Positions 36,401 through 40,824 of a DNA stretch of 40,824 nucleotides are shown piece after piece. The translations under genes and the position numbers were made by a program. The notes below the pieces were generated by a model that was not told where the DNA came from, ran no database searches, and was given only the letters and a program-made list of their open reading frames with translations. Within the stretch, counting starts at the first letter, position 1. Each line of letters opens with the position of its first letter. Location: positions 1 through 40,824 of the forward strand of contig PFDQ01000022.1 in NCBI GenBank assembly GCA_002772815.1, read 5' to 3'. The stretch is from Candidatus Peregrinibacteria bacterium CG10_big_fil_rev_8_21_14_0_10_42_8 (GTDB lineage Bacteria > Patescibacteriota > Gracilibacteria > Peribacterales > Peribacteraceae).

Positions 36401-36614
36401 CGTTGCATCAGACAGAACAGTCATCATTGATGGATATACTGAACAAGAGCGTCACATCATCTGCGGAATGAAGAGGTACATCGAAGAGCAAGATCCGCGT
36501 GGCCGAAAGACTCCAGGGTTTAGGCAGTGGCTTGCAGAAAGAATTGCTCATGAACTACATCGCACTACAGAAGAAGTAACGATGACAATGACAAGCAATA
36601 GTGTGTGTCAGTAA
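33465..36614 (+). CDS. Secreted animal-type heme peroxidase (peroxidase-cyclooxygenase superfamily) fused to DUF11 repeats
   Basis: - Signal peptide.
- Peroxidase motifs WGQFVDHDIDLT, GDIRANEQPGL, AAYRLGHSM, RGRDHGLAGYN and DLWVGGLAE.
- At least 3 DUF11-like repeats (VGNTGPLTASGITVTIPVP, VTNNGPAFATGATMTISIP, VSNNGPATAVSPVVSTTLP) at nt ~35065-36170.
- An unknown ~150-aa tail. Confidence 0.85.
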   Translation: MYRIAEKALAVLLALLLSNGGITPVYAAVSFDVRTIDGSGNNTIEPLWGSTDTHLLRLTSTDYADGISEPRGGTGAISARVISNEIAAQSTDIRNTRGLSDMFWTWGQFVDHDIDLTDNASPAEAYNIAVPTGDPYFDPLSTGTQTIGFNRSVSDSGSSPRQQLNQITAYLDASNVYGSDVARADTIRAFSGGLLRVSSGNFLPFNTSGLPNAMSTSSMFFLAGDIRANEQPGLTALHTLFVREHNRIATELRALNPLLTDDELYETARLKVGAIEQAITYNDFLPSLFGSDILPTYSGYNPSVDAGIANEFSTAAYRLGHSMISPTLLRLDGEGLEIPEGHVSLLSGFFNPAIVQQADIDPLLRGLSAQVMQEVDTQEIDALRNFLFGPPGSGGFDLVSLNIQRGRDHGLAGYNQARRDLGLTAHTSFSDITSDSTMAAKLDAVYGGDLEAIDLWVGGLAEDHLAGSSLGETITTILKNQFTRIRDGDRFWYENYFTGSDLLEIQSTTLKDVIERNTDVDGLQDNVFFAVFPEADLSVSLEVNTLTLSGSLMTAEVQVGNTGPLTASGITVTIPVPSHTTFTSTGSFVGCSGGSGTDIICTVSPLASGESRNLDVVFNPLSSGCFADIDISATVSALQQDSYTANNSASSQTYYACPGPNDIDLSIEIGSSVSAERSGSFSAMATVTNNGPAFATGATMTISIPAGLDVNSINAAECLAAGNTMTCSGLDIAYGDTFSVEIELNIPESFTCPSSVTIEALALVGQQQDYFSGNDSSEAVTIIECEPENDLSISLTGNSTSYTATVSNNGPATAVSPVVSTTLPSGVRFSTSGSSSGCVQNGSIINCSISPLHDGELASVTILFIALPTLSCGTNIAVESTVSSTEKELNESDNTASAHTELICDNFSGNDDSASHRDPLNRDTVGRSTSHGSTRGKGAKEALLALSLLGRMNGMHTTVSYTGHFRMANNAAPVKNVSGVASDRTVIIDGYTEQERHIICGMKRYIEEQDPRGRKTPGFRQWLAERIAHELHRTTEEVTMTMTSNSVCQ

Positions 36615-36617
36615 TAA

Positions 36618-37943
36618 CTATAATGATGTAAAGAAATCTGTCATTGCCTTTCCTGCACTCTTTGGCCAGTTATGGGGGTAATACTCGCCATCGTACGATG
36701 TATCATTTTCATGGGGACAAAAATGTACAGGGTTATTGGTACACTCTGCATGAGAAACGCACAGTAATGCCTCTGGCGACACGGGAGATGTACTCCAGTT
36801 GCATCCATTTTCCTCTACTCGCATTTCACGATTTCTTACCGATCCACTAAATGGCGAAAGCCTATCATCTGGATTATGAATAATCATTGCTGCACTTGGG
36901 CCTGCGCAATCTGTAATAATAGAGGAACTTCCTACACTCGCTGAAGCACGGATAACGTCTCCTCGAACACAAGCCAAAGAATTACTAAACCATCCCCCAA
37001 GAGAATGCCCAGCAACAAAAATGCGATCCATATCAATGCAATACTGTTCTGATAACTGCTCTATGAGAGCATCAACAAAAGATAAGTCGCCTTCGATGGA
37101 CCAATTAAATGTCCCATTACCATTACTCCGAGCAGCTGGGTACACAACAATGGTATCTTTCATTTCTTTATCAAATTTATAGTAAGACCTCACTTGAGTG
37201 TTGCTATTTGTCCGCCCGTGAAATGCAAGAACAAGAGGCACAGGATCGTGTATAATATAACTCTCAGGCACCGTCAGGAGATACGAACGCTCCTCACCAC
37301 TAACATTTACCGTGCTACCGAGTGCAGGCTTTGCCTTTCCACACCCCTCAGAAAATCTTGGAATAACACTCTCTTCATCGTATTGCAAAATACGCCACAA
37401 AACATCTGCTGCACGCAGTCGTGTAAGCTCCTCCCAAGGAATATAACTATGTGCGGGAAGAATATCTGCACTATTGAGATTATCAACATATGGTGCATAC
37501 CACTGTTCTCCTTCTGCATCGTCAATCTCCCTACCATACGCACCAAGGATGATTTTTATCGCCTCAGCAAAATTAACCGTTCGATCTGGCTTGTAGGTTC
37601 CATCAGGATATCCATCGATAATACCTCTTCTCTTTGCTGCACACACATACGGCGCATACCATTCATCAGGATTAATATCGGAAAAACATCGTCTATCCGC
37701 AGCTGTTACATTACGGCCTTTAAATACAATCTTTAAAAGCTCTGCTCTGTTAATCGCTGTATCTGGCCTAAATGTTCCGTCTGGATATCCTCCAATAATT
37801 TGCCTGCTTTGCAATCCTTCTACTGCTTTGCTATATCCAAACCACTGATCCTGCATATCTGGAAACGATGCAGCACATACCATCACTGGTTGTATACATA
37901 CTGCTGCCGCTAGAACACTCGCCGCAAATCTAAAAAGAGACAT
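36618..37943 (-). CDS. Secreted SLH-domain esterase (PHB-depolymerase/feruloyl-esterase-type alpha/beta hydrolase)
   Basis: Two SLH-like repeats: FPDMQDQWFGYSKAVEGLQSRQIIGGYPDGTFRPDTAINRAELLKI and FSDINPDEWYAPYVCAAKRRGIIDGYPDGTYKPDRTVNFAEAIKI. The hydrolase part has PLVLAFHGRTNSN and the nucleophile elbow VAGHSLGG. Confidence 0.8.
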   Translation of the reverse strand: MSLFRFAASVLAAAVCIQPVMVCAASFPDMQDQWFGYSKAVEGLQSRQIIGGYPDGTFRPDTAINRAELLKIVFKGRNVTAADRRCFSDINPDEWYAPYVCAAKRRGIIDGYPDGTYKPDRTVNFAEAIKIILGAYGREIDDAEGEQWYAPYVDNLNSADILPAHSYIPWEELTRLRAADVLWRILQYDEESVIPRFSEGCGKAKPALGSTVNVSGEERSYLLTVPESYIIHDPVPLVLAFHGRTNSNTQVRSYYKFDKEMKDTIVVYPAARSNGNGTFNWSIEGDLSFVDALIEQLSEQYCIDMDRIFVAGHSLGGWFSNSLACVRGDVIRASASVGSSSIITDCAGPSAAMIIHNPDDRLSPFSGSVRNREMRVEENGCNWSTSPVSPEALLCVSHAECTNNPVHFCPHENDTSYDGEYYPHNWPKSAGKAMTDFFTSL

Positions 37944-38254
37944 ACAGAAAGTATACCAGAAACGATGTACTATTTCTTATATACCCCCCAAGCAGACCAC
38001 AGTGCGGCAAGAGTTGCTACGAAGTTGAGTTGCTTATTAACGCTGTTACGAGGAATAACAAAGCGATTATTGCTTCGATACAAATTGAAATGAGCTGTAA
38101 GTAATTCATACCTCAAATTCTACCTCATCAGAGGCAAACTGCAATCTTCTCTATTCTGCAAGCCATGTGGCAGCCTGTCATAAATGATCAATTACTATTT
38201 GAAAATATAAATTCCCCTATTGCAAATAGGGAAAATAGAGTAATATATTTTCCT

Positions 38255-38878
38255 ATGAAATACTTTACACAAATAATTGCAGCCACTTTATTTCTTAGTG
38301 CTTGTAGTGCACAACCTGCTTTAGAACCAAAGCAAATTGAGGAAGAGAAACAAGTCGATCAGGAAAATATCCTGCAATCCTCCTCATCATCATCACAAGG
38401 TGAAATAGATATGAAAGAGGTGTCCCCTGAAGTACAAGAATCATCCTCTGCAGGATCATCAGAAAGCCCCCCTGATATGGTTGACCTTCATGAAATGCTC
38501 ATTGACACACTACATAACGAATATCGTTCTCATGCACGTTATCAGGCAGTTTTAGATACATTTGATCGACCATCCCCTTTTCCACTCGTCGATGAACAAT
38601 CAGAAGAAAAGATTCTTGCACTGCAAACGGTTTTGGAGAAATACAACCTTCCTATAGGCAAAAATCCGTACCTTGGGCAAATCATTGCACCTAACCGAAT
38701 TGTACAAGCTTGTAGAAAAGGAAAAGAAGGTGAACTAGAAACAATAGCTCTTTATGAGAAATTTCTTCCTTTAGTTACCGATTTCACTGATGTGCATACT
38801 GTCTTTTCTAAGAATGCAGAAATGTCCCGTAATACATACATACCACTATTCAATAATTGCATAGAAAATGAGTACTAA
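38255..38878 (+). CDS. Lipoprotein with ferritin-like DUF2202-type domain
   Basis: MKYFTQIIAATLFLSAC lipobox, a Ser/Glu-rich linker, then LHNEYRSHARYQAVLDTF...DEQSEEKILALQTVLEKYNLP. I prefer the start at 38255 over 38165. Confidence 0.6.
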   Translation: MKYFTQIIAATLFLSACSAQPALEPKQIEEEKQVDQENILQSSSSSSQGEIDMKEVSPEVQESSSAGSSESPPDMVDLHEMLIDTLHNEYRSHARYQAVLDTFDRPSPFPLVDEQSEEKILALQTVLEKYNLPIGKNPYLGQIIAPNRIVQACRKGKEGELETIALYEKFLPLVTDFTDVHTVFSKNAEMSRNTYIPLFNNCIENEY

Positions 38879-38910
38879 GAGGTTATCACTTCAATAACCT
38901 CGATTTTATT
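38879..38910 (+). terminator. Rho-independent terminator after the DUF2202-like gene
   Basis: GAGGTTAT-cacttca-ATAACCTC (8-bp stem) followed by GATTTTATT, starting 1 nt after the TAA. Confidence 0.55.
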
Positions 38911-39117
38911 ATGTCAATTTAATGGTGGGCTTGAAGGGTTTGAATGCAAACTCTTTGTGGAGAGAAATATATCAATGGTTTGCTGCCTTTAAACCGTACG
39001 CAACACACATAATTAAAGTATAATTGATCTATGAAAAATGCAGATAAAATTGTAGCAAATGCAAAAAAGAAAATGGGCAATATGACTAAGGCACAGATGG
39101 AAGAGATCTCACAACTA

Positions 39118-39765
39118 GAAGTCATAACTACCGGCAGAGCCGGTAGCATGGGAAAAGCCCCTGGAAGGGGCTAGCTAAAGAGAAGTTGAGCTACCGGTTG
39201 TTATCAATACCACTTGAGATCCAGTTCAGGTCCATCGAAGAACTGATCTTTCTTCCATTGGTCTTGAACGTATTTACGAATAACATCTTCATCGACTCCA
39301 ACGGTGTTTACAAAGTATCCTCGTGACCAGAATGATTTTTGGCTAACGGATTTTTTGCGGGCAAACATGTTATGAGCCCTGACAGCTGATTTTCCTTTGA
39401 TGAATCCCATGATATACGCAACAGAATGTTTGGGTGGGATACGGAGTACAAGATGAATGTGATCAGGACATGCTGTTCCTTCAATCACCTTCACTTCCTT
39501 TTGTTTTGCTAATTCTCTGATGATTTTTCCAATCTGTATTCTTATGGTTCCGTAGAGGACTTTCTTTCTATATTTGGGTACGATGACTACGTGATATTTG
39601 CAGTCCCACACTACATGAGCTTGGGTTGTGAATGATCGCATTATTAAAGAGGTGTAATGCCTCCTTCGGGGGGCTTTTCCCTTTTCATCATAAAATAAAC
39701 GCCGGAACGGTAGAACCTACGGAAGTCTCACCGGCAGAGCCGGTGGTTTACTATTTCATTATTAG
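39118..39765 (-). mobile_element. IS200/IS605-family insertion sequence (tnpA only); boundaries approximate
   Basis: The Y1 transposase gene is flanked by the same 15-nt palindromic hairpin core ACCGGCAGAGCCGGT at 39130-39144 and 39730-39744. Inside these lie inverted GGGAAAAGCCCC hairpins (39156-39172 and 39659-39674). No long terminal inverted repeats are present, as expected for this family. Confidence 0.6.
39204..39641 (-). CDS. tnpA: IS200/IS605-family Y1 (HUH) transposase TnpA
   Basis: HVVWDCKYHVVIVPKYRKKVL, the HUH motif PDHIHLVLRIPP, and the catalytic Tyr region FWSRGYFVNTVG. 145 aa. Ends in TGA, unlike nearly all other genes here. Confidence 0.9.
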   Translation of the reverse strand: MRSFTTQAHVVWDCKYHVVIVPKYRKKVLYGTIRIQIGKIIRELAKQKEVKVIEGTACPDHIHLVLRIPPKHSVAYIMGFIKGKSAVRAHNMFARKKSVSQKSFWSRGYFVNTVGVDEDVIRKYVQDQWKKDQFFDGPELDLKWY

Positions 39766-40777
39766 AGGGACAATTTGGCGTTCAAGTGATATCGCGAAGA
39801 AAATCCCAAATAGTGTTTATAGGGGTGATTATATTTCAAATAGATACAGGCGTATTTCACTGAAACCTGAGTTATATGAAGAAAGACCTGAAGAAGATTG
39901 GATTCATATGAAAGTAGAACCATGCATAGATGATAGGCTCTTTTATATGGCTCAGGAACGATTACGGACAGACTTCAGAAGAGGTCGTGGTGGTGGCAGT
40001 GAAATATATATGCTTAAAGGTAAATTGGTAGATGTTGCGACAGGTAAGGGCTTTGTTGGATATAAAGCAGCTGATGGAAACCGTCACTATCGCAGAAAAA
40101 AGTTTACAGATGATGATGGCAATGAGTTTAAAACAATGAGTGTATCTGGAACCGTTATCGAAGATTACGCTTGGGGCTTCATCAAAGCAACAATCGAAAA
40201 ACCTGAAGAGTTTCTCCGTTTACATAAAGAATCTATGGATGATCAAACACGAAGAGAGGAGCTTATTCGACAACTGGACTTTTATGAAGAGCAGCTTTCA
40301 AAGGCAAACAATCGAATTGAGAGGACAAAAGATGCATACCTTGAAGACGAAGAGGAAATCTTAAAGGAAAGCGATGTAAAACACAGATTAACAAAATATG
40401 AAGCCCAACGAGATGAAGCTTTGATTAACAAAAAGAAGGTTGAAACAGAACTTCAACGGATTGCGCAATATGACGTAGCCTGTGAAGACCTTCGTAGATT
40501 CTCTGCAAAGTTTGAGAAGAAGCTCAATAAAGCCACATATGAGGAGAAAAAAGTGCTAGCAGATCTGCTGATAGAGAAGATTGAAGTGTGTGAAAACGAA
40601 GATGAAAGAAAGGCAATAGTTCACTTCCGATTCGACCCAAATGCCATAACGAGGGCTATCCCCGATGGTCGAAGTGATAATTCGCAAGACAAAGGAAAAA
40701 AGCCCCCATCGGGAGGGGGTGAAACTAAAGATATGGTGAAGTGTACCCCATTTGGTAGACACAGTAGAACCCCCTAA
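39749..40777 (+). pseudogene. 5'-truncated large serine recombinase (Recombinase domain, Cys-less zinc-ribbon equivalent, coiled coil); catalytic resolvase domain absent
   Basis: WRSSDIAKKIPNSVYRGDY (W....I..IL.N..Y.G pattern), EPCIDDRLFYMAQERL, YMLKGKLVDVATGKGF...HYRRKKF, and a long coiled coil (REELIRQLDFYEEQLSKANNRIERTKDAYL...). The first ~39 codons of the track ORF (39632-39748) lie inside the IS end and are not homologous. Confidence 0.6.
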
Positions 40778-40824
40778 CCCTCGACCTGGGACAACAGATA
40801 ATCTCTGTATGCAACAGGGGTCAT

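Noticed and set aside
38919-39149. 76-aa hydrophobic minus-strand ORF between the DUF2202-like gene and the IS.
   Set aside because: It is antisense to the 48-codon plus-strand ORF that looks like a recombinase fragment. It starts inside the IS hairpin, has no SD, and its Phe/Cys-rich sequence is typical of AT-rich antisense frames. Neither ORF is strong, and I give priority to the recombinase-fragment reading.
1-40824. Alternative genetic code (UGA reassigned, as in Gracilibacteria/Absconditabacteria). By my hand check nearly every gene ends in TAA or TAG, and only RF1 is seen.
   Set aside because: All conserved proteins (CarB, PurF, FolD, MnmA, RF1 and others) translate full-length under the standard code with no in-frame TGA. 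TGA does terminate tmk (ATGA overlap with folD) and tnpA. The TAA/TAG bias is compatible with low GC. The presence or absence of prfB cannot be judged from one window.
1-40824. CRISPR arrays, diversity-generating retroelements, retrons and other repeat-based systems.
   Set aside because: I saw no regularly spaced direct repeats, no reverse transcriptase-like ORF and no TR/VR-type near-repeat pair. The only notable DNA repeats are the IS-associated hairpins at 39.1-40.7 kb.
40774-40824. Minus-strand open frame at the right edge (…MTPVAYRDYLLSQVEG*) that could be the 3' end of a gene lying outside the window.
   Set aside because: Only 16 codons are visible, and there is no motif to support a call.

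Overview
This is an AT-rich, very gene-dense bacterial chromosome segment. I call about 37 CDS, one tRNA-Leu(UAA), one IS200/IS605-type element and no rRNA or CRISPR array.

Housekeeping genes are clear:
- nucleotide and one-carbon metabolism: tmk, folD, purF, purD, carB
- translation, transcription and replication: prfA, mnmA, greA, holA, a DEAD-box helicase

These are interleaved with an unusually large set of envelope and surface genes:
- a copper module: Met-rich lipoprotein, lipoprotein multicopper oxidase and a His/Cys-headed permease
- a membrane-anchored two-ring Clp/Hsp100-like ATPase with a degenerate first ring, coupled to a small membrane protein
- a sortase
- three SLH-domain proteins
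- an adjacent minimal dockerin / cohesin-FN3 gene pair
- a Cys-rich-repeat protein
- a TMTC-like TPR glycosyltransferase
- a secreted animal-type heme peroxidase fused to DUF11 repeats

The right end is a decayed mobile region. It holds an IS200-like tnpA bracketed by identical hairpins, a 5'-truncated large serine recombinase and a possible IS5 remnant.

Reading beyond the ORF track I also find:
- an edge-truncated EamA transporter gene at 1-582
- an unannotated 48-codon hydrophobic-peptide gene (678-824, minus strand) with its own promoter, SD and terminator, and a 5'-3' fold-back that could bury the SD

The gene content points to a CPR/Patescibacteria-like (Peregrinibacteria-type) monoderm: a DUF5671-like protein, SLH/sortase surface biology, partial biosynthetic pathways and overlapping convergent stop codons. 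That is an inference, not a demonstrated assignment.

All calls rest on motif recognition by eye. No searches were run.
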